The position numbers and the translations under genes were made by a program. Below, one piece after another: positions 40,128-49,765 of a stretch of 64,000 nucleotides of DNA. The DNA is from Myxococcota bacterium (lineage in GTDB: Bacteria; Myxococcota_A; Polyangia; Polyangiales; Houyiibacteriaceae), in assembly GCA_039030515.1 (NCBI GenBank), contig JBCCEA010000001.1, forward strand, positions 96,001-160,000. The letters run 5' to 3'. Position 1 is the stretch's first letter, and each line of letters begins with the position of its first letter. The notes beneath the pieces were generated by a model, which saw nothing but the letters and a program-made list of their open reading frames with translations, did not search any database and was not told the origin of the DNA.

Positions 40128-41659
40128 GTATCTGGCTTGCGATGTCCCCTCTGCTGACGATCGCTATCGGTGGCATGGCGGTGATGATGCTCGACTCGTT
40201 CTTTCGAGAGAACACCGAGCTGGCTGCGTTCACGACCGTCGTGCTGCTCGTCTCTATGGGACTTTCATTGGCGTTGTGGTTCGGGGGTGGTCCGGTGGAT
40301 ATGCCTCCGATCGTTTCTGGCTATCTAGCGACCGACAAGATGGGGCTTCTTTTTGACGTCCTCATATGCGGCGGAGGAGCGCTCTCGACGTTGCTCGCCG
40401 GTGGCTACCTTGCTGAGCACGACCTGGAGCGGGGCGAGTTCTACGTGCTGACGCTCTTCAGTGCGTTCGGCGCGATGGTGCTCGCTAGGTCTGTCGATTT
40501 GCTTTCCCTATTTCTCGGTCTCGAGACGATGTCCCTCGGCGTGTACGCGCTTGTTGGATTTCGACGCACCAGTAGCCGCTCGGTGGAAGGTGCGGTGAAG
40601 TACTTTCTGCTCGGTTCCTTCGCGGCCGCGATTCTCTTGTTCGGAGGTGCCTTACTCTACGGCGCAACGGGACACACCAACTTCGAAGAGATCGGCAAGG
40701 TGATCGCGGCAGGTGAAGCCGAGGTAGCTCTGGTTTCTGTAGCGATATTGATGCTGATTGCTGGGCTCGCCTTTAAAGTGAGCGCGGTTCCTTTCCACAT
40801 GTGGACACCAGACGCCTACGAGGGAGCGATCACACCCGCGACGAGCTTTATGAGCGTTGCGGTGAAGTCGGCGGCGTTCGCCGTTTTACTCAGGGTTCTC
40901 CTGGTGTGCTTCGGTGATGAGGTGTTGCGAAACGCATATACGGGCTGGCCGCCTGTGATCGCTGCCTTCGCGGCAGTGACCATGGTGTATGGGAATCTGG
41001 CGGCGCTCGGTCAGCAAAGCGTGAAGCGCATGTTGGCTTATTCCTCTATCGCTCACGCAGGTTACGTGCTCGTTGGTGTGTGTGCTGCGTCTAAAGGATA
41101 TGTCGATACGGGCCGCACTCTCGAAGTTGGCTCGCAGTCTGCACACGTTCTGGTGAACACCGGTATGAGTTCGGTGATGTACTATTTGATGGCCTACACG
41201 GTGTCGAACGTGCTGGTTTTTGGCTCGCTTATTCTGGTGGGTAGCCGAGGAAAAGAAGCGGTGTCCTATGAGGATTTGGCCGGGGTAGGGCGGAGGCATC
41301 CGATGGTTGCCGTGCCGTTTGTTCTCGGTGTTCTATCGCTTATGGGCTTTCCACCGACTGCGGGGTTTGTGGGTAAGTATTACGTATTTCAAGCAGCTGT
41401 CTCGGCCGGGGGCGGCATGGTCTGGCTTGCGGTGATAGGGGTGCTCTCCAGTGCCGTCGGCGCGTACTACTATCTGCGTGTCCTTGTATTCATGTTCATG
41501 AAGGAACCTCAGACCAATGCCCCGGTGGCGATTCCGATGCGCTCCGGCTCGGTAGTGCTTGCGCTTTTGGTTTCAGGCTATTTCGTATTGAAGATGGGTA
41601 TTACGCCCGCTTCCTATTTGCAGTTCGCAATCGAAGCAGCCCGGCAGCTGGTCGCCTAA
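40124..41659 (+). CDS. nuoN: NADH-quinone oxidoreductase subunit N
   Basis: EGAVKYFLLG, FKVSAVPFHMWTPDAYEGA, KRMLAYSSIAHAGY, PPTAGFVGK. Confidence 0.96.
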   Translation: MSIWLAMSPLLTIAIGGMAVMMLDSFFRENTELAAFTTVVLLVSMGLSLALWFGGGPVDMPPIVSGYLATDKMGLLFDVLICGGGALSTLLAGGYLAEHDLERGEFYVLTLFSAFGAMVLARSVDLLSLFLGLETMSLGVYALVGFRRTSSRSVEGAVKYFLLGSFAAAILLFGGALLYGATGHTNFEEIGKVIAAGEAEVALVSVAILMLIAGLAFKVSAVPFHMWTPDAYEGAITPATSFMSVAVKSAAFAVLLRVLLVCFGDEVLRNAYTGWPPVIAAFAAVTMVYGNLAALGQQSVKRMLAYSSIAHAGYVLVGVCAASKGYVDTGRTLEVGSQSAHVLVNTGMSSVMYYLMAYTVSNVLVFGSLILVGSRGKEAVSYEDLAGVGRRHPMVAVPFVLGVLSLMGFPPTAGFVGKYYVFQAAVSAGGGMVWLAVIGVLSSAVGAYYYLRVLVFMFMKEPQTNAPVAIPMRSGSVVLALLVSGYFVLKMGITPASYLQFAIEAARQLVA

Positions 41660-41698
41660 CGCTGGCTGCAAATACAGCGCTGGCGTCGAGTAACCTGA

Positions 41699-41736
41699 GA
41701 CTTACCCTGATCACGAAGAGCGCGGGAGGGTAAGTC
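41699..41736. terminator. 10-bp perfect inverted repeat after nuoN
   Basis: GACTTACCCT-N18-AGGGTAAGTC between convergent genes. Confidence 0.45.
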
Positions 41737-41834
41737 GCCCTGAGGTTTATCCGCAAGTCTGGGGTTTGTTCGCAAATGGAACGATGAGGCTAAGCAAAGA
41801 ATGGCTAATTAGAGAACGGCTGGGTAAAGAACGG

Positions 41835-42164
41835 TTAGGCAAAGAAAAGAATGGCTACTGACTGCAGATGCCAGATCATCAAACTTATGTAGACACCGAA
41901 TGCCGTGACTGCACCCGCTTGCGCAATTGGAAGTCGTGAGTACCGCTCCATGATCAACACCCCAGCGGACACCATGGTCAACTTCGTGATCCCAAAGAGT
42001 CCTGGATGAATGTCCAGCATCACCGCCATGAGCGGGTTCGCCTCTTCGGCGAGATCCAACGTCACAAGACCTACGGTTAATGCCAAGTCGATAAGATTAA
42101 AGATCATGACTGCGCCGAGCACTCGGGTCACCCAGGACGGGCGGCGGAGTTCTAAGATGTCCAT
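41835..42164 (-). CDS. Small membrane protein, DUF5658-like
   Basis: NLIDLALT...EEANPLM...F..TK pattern; GAAAGG RBS. Confidence 0.7.
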   Translation of the reverse strand: MDILELRRPSWVTRVLGAVMIFNLIDLALTVGLVTLDLAEEANPLMAVMLDIHPGLFGITKLTMVSAGVLIMERYSRLPIAQAGAVTAFGVYISLMIWHLQSVAILFFA

Positions 42165-42254
42165 GCTTTACCTTTCGTGAAGTGCCTGAGCGTGTGTTCG
42201 GCCGAACGAAATTAGGTGTAGCAGAGGGGTACAAGAAATCACTTGTAGGCGATT

Positions 42255-43748
42255 TCAGCAGAGGGACTGCTCGGTAATCACTCGATGTTTTCTCTGAATT
42301 CGGTTTCCGGGAATCACGAGTAAACGCCGAGGCCGGTCTGCCGGTAGCGCGTCGAAAGCGTCTTTCCAGTGACGGAATCTGCCGCCTGCCCGTACCGCTC
42401 TTAGGACTGCCTCCCCCTCAGCGGCTCCTCCTTGAGCGAGAACGTACTCGATCCAAGCCCAGCGCGCGCTGGTAGCCCGAAGGTCTACGCAGCCTTTTAA
42501 GCCTTTTCGGAGTCGTTTGAGTCGGTCCTCCACCGTTTGAATTCCGGCGAAGGTGGCGCCGTCCAGCGGGGTATTGCGCTTGGCAACGAAAGGAGCGATG
42601 CCCATCGCGATGGGAACGATTCGAGACAGTTTCCTACCAAAATCGATCAGTTCGTCGATGTCTTCAGTGGTTTCGGTGGGAAGTCCGACCATCATATAGA
42701 TTTTCAGTTTTTCTAGTCCGTGCGCGCGGACGAGCTCGGCGGCGCGGGTCAGTTCGTTTTCGCGAGCTCTGCGCTGGATCATGGTGCGAAGCCTTTGGCT
42801 GGCCCCATCGCTAGCCGTGGTGAGCGAGCGGTTGCCGGCTTTTTTTAGCGCGGCTACGAGTGGATCGCTCAGCCGGTCTGCACGCAATGAGGAAAGGCTG
42901 ACCCTGCGGTTCTCCTCAGCCAGGCTTGCAACGATTTCGATGATCTTCGGATGATCGGTGACGGCTGCGCCCACCAATCCAACTTTGCGCGCGCTCTCTG
43001 GGATGAGCTCGAAGATGCGCTCAGGAGTCACCGTGCGCATGCCGCCATTCGTGCTCCGTCGCATCACGCAATAACTACATCCCCGATGGCAGCCTCTCTC
43101 AGGCTCGATCAGGAACATATTGGAGAGCTCCGTATTTGGAGTGCGAATACAGGAGTAGGCGGGGAGCGTGGAATCGTCTGCCCGACCGATGGGTGGCATT
43201 CGGTCCCCGTGTAGGCTGGGCACAAAGCAGCTGTCGATATGGTCGGCGAGGCTACGTAAAGCCTCTTCATATCCTCCACTATCGAACAAAATGTCGAGTG
43301 CTTCGTGGATCGTCTGATCGGCCTCGCCCATAAGTACCGCGTCTACAAATGGAGCAAGCGGAAGCGGGTTGGAAAATGTGAGAGGGCCTCCAGCGAGGAT
43401 AAAGGGGTGTCGGCCCGTTCGCTCGGAACGGAGCGCAGGAACTCCTGCTGCCTCCAGCGACTCCACCAGTCCAGCGATTTCAAGTTCGTAGGCTACGGAT
43501 ACCGCAATGATCGGATAGTCGCCCACCGCTCGTCTTCCCTCGTAGGTGAGCAGCGGCGACCCTGTTTTGTCTTCGGGCAGAAACGCACGATGCGCTGCAC
43601 GACCTGGGCTCTCGTTGATCTGTCGGTATATGGACTGATAACCGAGCGACGACATACCGACGTGATACGGGCTCGGGTAGAGCAAAGCGATCGACTCCGG
43701 GGCCTCCTTGAACAAGGTTCCTGTTTCGGCCTCGAGTCGTTTACTCAA
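42255..43748 (-). CDS. Radical SAM protein (B12-binding-like N-terminus, uncharacterised family)
   Basis: YPSPYHVGMSSLG, GGP..FSNP.P, RGCHRGCSYC (CxxxCxxC), YMMVGLPTET. Confidence 0.88.
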   Translation of the reverse strand: MSKRLEAETGTLFKEAPESIALLYPSPYHVGMSSLGYQSIYRQINESPGRAAHRAFLPEDKTGSPLLTYEGRRAVGDYPIIAVSVAYELEIAGLVESLEAAGVPALRSERTGRHPFILAGGPLTFSNPLPLAPFVDAVLMGEADQTIHEALDILFDSGGYEEALRSLADHIDSCFVPSLHGDRMPPIGRADDSTLPAYSCIRTPNTELSNMFLIEPERGCHRGCSYCVMRRSTNGGMRTVTPERIFELIPESARKVGLVGAAVTDHPKIIEIVASLAEENRRVSLSSLRADRLSDPLVAALKKAGNRSLTTASDGASQRLRTMIQRRARENELTRAAELVRAHGLEKLKIYMMVGLPTETTEDIDELIDFGRKLSRIVPIAMGIAPFVAKRNTPLDGATFAGIQTVEDRLKRLRKGLKGCVDLRATSARWAWIEYVLAQGGAAEGEAVLRAVRAGGRFRHWKDAFDALPADRPRRLLVIPGNRIQRKHRVITEQSLC

Positions 43749-43790
43749 CGATCGAAGCAGCGACGTCTTATTTGGGCGAGAGGAGATCGC

Positions 43791-44582
43791 TTAGCGTATG
43801 ACGTTTCCGAGTCTTTGCCAGCGGACACCGTCGTAGCCATTGGACCAGTAGGTCCAAAGAGCGCGTCCCTTGATTCGACGTAGCGGAATGGAACCGAGGG
43901 CTTCGCTGCGGCTGTCGTTGCTTGCGTCTCGATGATCCCCCAAGACAAACACGTTATCTGCCTCCACCGTGTGCGGACCGAGGACGCGAATAGGTTCGTC
44001 GCTCGGCTCTACCCCCCCGTAACGCCGGTGTTTGAACGAGTTGCTTGTCAGATGAGGGCGTCCATCGAGGGTCTCTCGGATCGTCTGGCAGGTGCAGGCC
44101 CCCTCGTCGCTTGGAAACATCCCGGGCTTCTGAGACTGCGCGCAGGCACCTATCGTCTCGGTTGCGAGCTCCTCACCGTTCCGAAACACCCGATCGTAGG
44201 TGCTGAGGGATCCATTGCCGCAATCGAAGAGCATCGTCTTCACCTCGATCGTATCTCCCGGAGTGCCGATCACCCTTTTGACGATGTCCACGCCTTCCTG
44301 ACCTCGCTCTGGACTCCGTAGGATAACGATATCCCCTGGATTGGGGGTTCCCCAGTTCAATACCGCATCGTCCATAAAGGGCAGGAACAAGCCGTACATG
44401 AACTTGGCGACCACCACCCGATCTCCATCGAGTAGGGTCGGCTCCATCGAGGGACCCTCTATTTCAAACGCTTCGAACAGCATGATGCGAATAGAGATCG
44501 CGAGAAGCACGGCACCGCCGATCGTACGTATATTTGCGAAGATGCGCTCCCAACGGCTTTCTCGAGGCTGCGTAGCACTCAT
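43791..44582 (-). CDS. lepB: Signal peptidase I
   Basis: GPSMEPTL (Ser), IVKRVIG (Lys), GDHRDASNDSR. Confidence 0.93.
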   Translation of the reverse strand: MSATQPRESRWERIFANIRTIGGAVLLAISIRIMLFEAFEIEGPSMEPTLLDGDRVVVAKFMYGLFLPFMDDAVLNWGTPNPGDIVILRSPERGQEGVDIVKRVIGTPGDTIEVKTMLFDCGNGSLSTYDRVFRNGEELATETIGACAQSQKPGMFPSDEGACTCQTIRETLDGRPHLTSNSFKHRRYGGVEPSDEPIRVLGPHTVEADNVFVLGDHRDASNDSRSEALGSIPLRRIKGRALWTYWSNGYDGVRWQRLGNVIR

Positions 44583-45160
44583 CCGTGCACCGTCGGGCCT
44601 AGAGGTAGTTCGGCGCAGATCGCAGCTTCTCGCTCGACTAGCGTACGAAATCGCAGCTCCGCATCGCGGCCGAAGGAGTGCTCGGCAAGGTCTCGGAACA
44701 ATCGGTAGTGACGGGCTTCGCTGATCATGAGGTCTCGGTAGAAATCGCGTAGTTCTGAGCTCTTAAGTCCCTTGCTGAGGTGATGAAACCGTTCGCACGA
44801 GCGCGCCTCGACCAGTGCAGAGACGAGGAGTCGATCGAGCAGCATCGGGACTTCAGGATGTTCCGGACGCGCGGCATCGTGCAGCGCCTTAACATACATG
44901 TCGACGCGAGGGGGACCCAATGTCTCACCACCCGAGCTGATTCGCCGTTGCACCGCTTCGAAATGAGTAGACTCCTCGCGTGCGAGCGCGCACAGCGGCT
45001 CCACCAGATGAGGGTAGTCGCCACCGAATCGAGCCACCAGGCTGAGCGCGCTTTGCGCGGCCTTCAGCTCACAGTGGGCGTGGTCGACCAAAAGGATGTG
45101 CAGTTGGGATTCAACGCATTCGACCCATTTGGGGTCAGTCGGTCTCAATAGACGCAGCAT
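44579..45160 (-). CDS. miaE: tRNA-(ms2io6A) hydroxylase MiaE family (di-iron)
   Basis: DHAHCELKAA, REESTHF, LVEARSCERF, SEARHY. Confidence 0.9.
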   Translation of the reverse strand: MLRLLRPTDPKWVECVESQLHILLVDHAHCELKAAQSALSLVARFGGDYPHLVEPLCALAREESTHFEAVQRRISSGGETLGPPRVDMYVKALHDAARPEHPEVPMLLDRLLVSALVEARSCERFHHLSKGLKSSELRDFYRDLMISEARHYRLFRDLAEHSFGRDAELRFRTLVEREAAICAELPLGPTVHG

Positions 45161-45374
45161 GGTTCGGCTTTCATATTCGCTGTCACTGCGAGATCACTGT
45201 CTTTGTGACGTGCCTGAACAGCCGTCCTCCCAGCAGGCCTGAATCGTCGCTATGGGCGATCGCGCTGTTGTCGAGCGTCATGCCTTGCGACGAACCCTGC
45301 GAGCGGCTAGCCCGCAAACAACCCGCCGAAACTAGTCTCGGTGCGGTAATCGGTCAAGCCATGGAAAAAGTTCG

Positions 45375-46061
45375 ATGAAGGTGCTCGCTTTGGATACTTC
45401 CGGCCCCTTGGGTACGGTTGCCGTGTGTGCGGACGGCGAGCTGCTGTGCGAGGTTTCCGCAAGGGTTCGGGCGCGTCACGGCGAAACGCTGATGCCTCAC
45501 GTCGACTACGCGCTCAAGTCTGCTGGCGTCTCCACGGACGAGATCGATCTCGTCGGATGCGGATTGGGACCAGGTTCCTTTACCGGGCTTCGAGTCGGGG
45601 TGGCTACCGCGAAGGGATTTGCCTATGCGCTTTCTTGTCCCATCGTAGGAGTGTCCAGTTCGATGGCTTTGTGCGAGGACATTGGCACTGCTGCGACAGC
45701 GCGAATCGCGACCATCATCGATGCGCACCGGTCAGAAGTTTTTGCGAACGTCTATCGATTGGATACGGATCGACGATGGGTCACCGAAGACGCACCACAC
45801 CCGGCTTCCATGGAGGCCACGCTAGAACAGCTTGAGGCGATCGAAGGTCCTCTGGTTCTGACGGGTAGCGGCGTCCGGGCGCATGAACGCGCTTTTCTCG
45901 AGCTTCAGCAGCGAAGGGGGGCTGAGCTCTACCTTGCTCCAGTTTCTTGCGATACGCCTCGAGCTTCCAGCGTGGCACGACTCGCGGTCGCCGAGTGGCA
46001 CCGCCGCGGCCCCGCAGACCTACACCAGCTTGAACCGATCTACGGTCGCTCTAGTTTCTGA
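45375..46061 (+). CDS. tsaB: t6A biosynthesis protein TsaB
   Basis: MKVLALDTS, GPGSFTGLRVG, IDAHRSEV, LEPIY. Confidence 0.93.
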   Translation: MKVLALDTSGPLGTVAVCADGELLCEVSARVRARHGETLMPHVDYALKSAGVSTDEIDLVGCGLGPGSFTGLRVGVATAKGFAYALSCPIVGVSSSMALCEDIGTAATARIATIIDAHRSEVFANVYRLDTDRRWVTEDAPHPASMEATLEQLEAIEGPLVLTGSGVRAHERAFLELQQRRGAELYLAPVSCDTPRASSVARLAVAEWHRRGPADLHQLEPIYGRSSF

Positions 46062-46152
46062 AGAGACGGCGCACGTTTATTCGATCGGTTTGCGTTGCTC
46101 TTTGAAGGCGACCGCTCTTGAGAGGTGTCCGTTTGTTACCCTCAGTTTTGAA

Positions 46153-47178
46153 TCATATCGGATTTGTCAAACGCGCCTCGTACACCCGTACGTGCCTTAT
46201 GCCTTGAAGTGCGTCTCGTGACGACATGAGCGATTTGCACAACTGCCAAAGAAAGAAAGTGGAGCCGCAGCCGTATAGAAAACACAGAAAAGGAGTGGTT
46301 CCCATTGCCCACACTTGATGCGTGGGCGGATAGGGTCTACAGACGGCCTCTTCGTTAAAGAAACTGCTCTGCATATGCAATTTGGTGCTGCTATCAATGA
46401 AATTGCTATCGACATGTAATTTGAAAGCAAATAGATTGAAGCCTAGAGCCAGAAAGATCACGTAAAACACATCGGCGTAGCTCGGTCTTGGACGTTCGCC
46501 ATGCCGTACCGGCGCCACGTGGCTCAGTAAACGACACAGGTGCCAGTAGAGCTGACCGATAGAATCGGTGGGTACAGGTAGTTGTTCAGGACGGTACTTG
46601 CAACTCACCAACACGGCATGATTAGGCTCAAGAGCCTCTAGATTCACACCGGCCATCCAGGGGCAGCTTGTAGTTAGTTCACCGTTGGCCGCAAGGATTT
46701 GATTGAGAGTTTCAAGGGGTACGTAGACGGGGTTGCGACACAGAGGACACGGGAGATGGCCTTGTTGAAACCTCTCGCGTGCTCCTCGGGCGTTGGCCTG
46801 TCCAGCCGAGTACACGAGATACTCGCGAATGCACTTCGTGCAGGCCACTATGTGGAATATCGAGTCGCCTGAACCTGGGCTCGGAACACGGTGGGCGACA
46901 TAAGCGTGCGAAGGCACGGGGAATCTATCTCCCGGTGTCGCGGCCGCCCCAATCTCTTGTGAACAGATGTTGCAGACGGGCCGTGTGTCGTCCCAATAGC
47001 TGTGTTCGCCTCGTCCCACCGGTACGCATTGAATCTGGAGCGCTCCTGCCTCCGCCGCGCGAAGAAAGCGCCTCCACTCTCGCCACAGGGCCGTACTTGC
47101 GTTTGGGTTGCGGTTCGGACCGATCGCTGACGGGACCACTATGGCGAGGCAATGCGCCCGGGATTCGGCAGTCGGCAT
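46153..47178 (-). CDS. Orphan protein with RING-finger-like motif and two C-terminal hydrophobic segments
   Basis: CNIC(69-72)...H96...H109-IVA-CTKC(113-116)...PCPLCRNPV(143-151); 341-aa ORF fills the tsaB to glgA-like gap. Confidence 0.65.
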   Translation of the reverse strand: MPTAESRAHCLAIVVPSAIGPNRNPNASTALWREWRRFLRAAEAGALQIQCVPVGRGEHSYWDDTRPVCNICSQEIGAAATPGDRFPVPSHAYVAHRVPSPGSGDSIFHIVACTKCIREYLVYSAGQANARGARERFQQGHLPCPLCRNPVYVPLETLNQILAANGELTTSCPWMAGVNLEALEPNHAVLVSCKYRPEQLPVPTDSIGQLYWHLCRLLSHVAPVRHGERPRPSYADVFYVIFLALGFNLFAFKLHVDSNFIDSSTKLHMQSSFFNEEAVCRPYPPTHQVWAMGTTPFLCFLYGCGSTFFLWQLCKSLMSSRDALQGIRHVRVYEARLTNPI

Positions 47179-47244
47179 TCAGACGGATGTTCTTCGTGAG
47201 CCGTAAGCTCGTTTCGCGCCGTATGCTCGTTGCATCACAGAAGC

Positions 47245-48759
47245 CTAGTCTACCAGCAGCTTAGATGCGCTTTCCGCCGGTTTCGTTTCGCTCTGTCGAT
47301 AGAGCTGATCGTAGCGTCGTGCGCTGCGGTCCCAGCAGTGATCGAGACGCATGACGCGCTTTCGCAGTGCTTGGAACGCTTTGGTGTTGAGGAACGCCGC
47401 GGTTGCCCTTTGGATCGCGCCAGTAAGGGCTTTTGCGTCATCGGCTTCGTAGATGAAGCCCGTGCCAGACTGCAGATGCGGATCGCAATCCACCACGCTG
47501 TCCGACGGGATGTTCCGTATCGAAATCACCGGCGGGGCGCCGTAGCGCTGCGCGCGCATCGGATCGGCAACCGAGCGCGGATCTGTCGTGACCACCGAGT
47601 CTGCCGCGCCGAACAGTCGATGCACTTTGGAAGGGGACGGTTCTACGAGACGGAGCCGGTCTGAAAAACGATCGCAGAGTTGTTTGATCGTCGTTTTTGC
47701 ATCCGTTTTTTCGTCGCTATCTAGGTTCTCTTTTGGCTCCTCGACGCATAGTGCGATCTGGATGTCGTTGCGAAGCAGCACCGGCAGCGCCTCGGCCCAG
47801 AGCGCCTCGTCTTTTCTGCCGCGAGTGAGTCGGCTCATGAAGAGCGGTACCTCATCCCGAATCGGGAACTCCAAAGAACGCTGCAGTTCCGCTTTACATC
47901 GAGTCTTCCCGGTCAGGTCGATGGGATCGTAACGGGAGGGTAGCTCCGGGTCTGAAGCCGGGTTCCAGACTGCCGTGTCGACCCCGTCGACAATGCCGCT
48001 GAGTTTGTGGCCGAGCTTGCTGAAGTGATCGGCCGCCGGGCCTCGCTGCGCCGCCAGCATCGCTCTTGCGGGAGACTGAAAGACCACGTGCGCCGCCAGC
48101 GGCAGACCCGTCAGGGTGGGGTAGAGTGTTCCCTCGACGGCGCAGCGCTCGGACTCCTCCGCGGTCAGCCCCAAGAGCGCCGAAAGGTTCGTATCCATGC
48201 TGGGCGCCATGCTGCGCAGCGAGAGGACCGCCCTAGCGTTTCCCTCGGTCGTGTCGCCGGACCCATGCAACGCGCCGGACCCATGCAACGCGCCGGACCC
48301 ATGCAACGCGCCGGACCCATGCAAAAAGCGTAGCGTCAGGCTGCCGATGCAACCGTAGAGCTGAAGCGTTTTGGGTTTCCGAACACGGATCAGCTCGGCG
48401 GCGGCATGGGCAAATACCCCCAATCGAGTGGCGTGTGCCTCCGCGTCACCGGAGTCTAGTGCGTCTGCAGCCGAGAACAGCGATTCATGGCCGATGAAGG
48501 TCAGGTCCACCCCCCCTGCGGTCCGGCCGTCGTATACTTCGCATCCGTACTCGGTGTCTGCGAGGGTGCACTTCAGCTTGGTCAATCGACGTGCCAGAGC
48601 CAGTCGCGCAGGGTCCACAGAGCAAAGCAGAGGCGAAACTACGGTGACTTTTCTATCGAGACCGCGCAGCGCTTTGGCGAGGGCAGCGACCGCTTCTGCA
48701 GTTTCATCACAGCCGCTAAAGGGCGCCAGGTTAGGGGCGACGACCAACACATCTATCAC
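47245..48759 (-). CDS. Glycogen/starch synthase-like (GT5) protein, catalytic motifs degenerate
   Basis: GIVDGVDTAVWNPASD, GKTRCKAELQ, MRAQRYGAPPV, GTGFIY, WDRSARRY; no KxGG or FEPCGL; GTG 48759 likely start. Confidence 0.8.
   Translation of the reverse strand: MIDVLVVAPNLAPFSGCDETAEAVAALAKALRGLDRKVTVVSPLLCSVDPARLALARRLTKLKCTLADTEYGCEVYDGRTAGGVDLTFIGHESLFSAADALDSGDAEAHATRLGVFAHAAAELIRVRKPKTLQLYGCIGSLTLRFLHGSGALHGSGALHGSGALHGSGDTTEGNARAVLSLRSMAPSMDTNLSALLGLTAEESERCAVEGTLYPTLTGLPLAAHVVFQSPARAMLAAQRGPAADHFSKLGHKLSGIVDGVDTAVWNPASDPELPSRYDPIDLTGKTRCKAELQRSLEFPIRDEVPLFMSRLTRGRKDEALWAEALPVLLRNDIQIALCVEEPKENLDSDEKTDAKTTIKQLCDRFSDRLRLVEPSPSKVHRLFGAADSVVTTDPRSVADPMRAQRYGAPPVISIRNIPSDSVVDCDPHLQSGTGFIYEADDAKALTGAIQRATAAFLNTKAFQALRKRVMRLDHCWDRSARRYDQLYRQSETKPAESASKLLVD
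48255..48324. repeat. 18-bp in-frame tandem repeat (about 3.9 copies, LHGSGA)
   Basis: CGCCGGACCCATGCAACG at 48255, 48273, 48291, 48309. Confidence 0.9.
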
Positions 48760-48865
48760 GCGGCGACCATAGCCCCATCCCACGACTCTGGCGAGTACCG
48801 CTTGCGCATCGGATTGGTTCGGCGTTGCGATGGCCGGAACCGGATGCGGAGACTATGTACGGCTC

Positions 48866-49765
48866 ATGACGCAAACGTTCGCAGTCAGTGGTGCTTCGGG
48901 GCTTGTGGGCTCCGCCTTGGTGGCAAATCTTGAGCAAAAGGGATACGTCGTCCGGCGGCTTGTGCGGCAGGGGGCCAGTTCCGAGGCTCAAATTGCCTAC
49001 GCACCTTCTAGGGGCACGATCGATGTCGACGCGTTCGCCGGAGTGGACGTAGTCATCCATTTGGCGGGAGCGGGGATTGCCGACCGCCGCTGGTCGAACT
49101 CGTACAAGGACCAAATCCGTTCAAGTCGCGTCGATTCCACCCGGCTTATCGCGCGGGCGATGACCTCCTGTTCGGGAGGACCGCAGACCCTCGTTTCGGC
49201 TTCTGCCATCGGATTCTACGGGCCTTGCGGTGACGAGATGGTCGATGAAGAACGCGCGGCCGGCTCGGGTTTCTTGGCAGACGTATGTAGAGCATGGGAA
49301 GCGGAGACGGAAGCGGTTTCCGCCGGGGGAGGGCGCGTGGTTCGAGCCCGCATCGGGATCGTGCTTTCTCCAGCCGGTGGGGCTTTGCGGCGTATGCTAC
49401 CCGCATTCAAGTTCGGGGTAGGTGGCCGATTGGGTGACGGCCGCCAGTACATGAGCTGGATTACGCTGCAGGACACCGTACGGGCGCTTGTGCATCTGGC
49501 GACTCACGCGGAGTGTTCCGGCCCGGTGAATGTGGTGGCCCCAAACCCCGTGACCAATCAAGAGTTTACCTCGACCCTTGGACGCGTCCTCGGGCGACCT
49601 GCGGTGATGAACGTACCGTCAGCGGCGCTCAATTTGATGTTTGGTGAAATGGCTAGGCCGCTGCTGCTGCAGGGAAACCGGGTCTGCCCAAAGCGGCTGC
49701 AGGAACTCGGATTCGATTGGCACCACCAGGAACTGGAGCCTGCGCTTCGCTCGCTAGGTATCTAA
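48866..49765 (+). CDS. TIGR01777 (YfcH-like) NAD-dependent epimerase family protein
   Basis: VSGASGLVG, HLAGAGIADRRW, SASAIGFYG, GDGRQYMSWI, GPVNVVAPNPVTN. Confidence 0.92.
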   Translation: MTQTFAVSGASGLVGSALVANLEQKGYVVRRLVRQGASSEAQIAYAPSRGTIDVDAFAGVDVVIHLAGAGIADRRWSNSYKDQIRSSRVDSTRLIARAMTSCSGGPQTLVSASAIGFYGPCGDEMVDEERAAGSGFLADVCRAWEAETEAVSAGGGRVVRARIGIVLSPAGGALRRMLPAFKFGVGGRLGDGRQYMSWITLQDTVRALVHLATHAECSGPVNVVAPNPVTNQEFTSTLGRVLGRPAVMNVPSAALNLMFGEMARPLLLQGNRVCPKRLQELGFDWHHQELEPALRSLGI

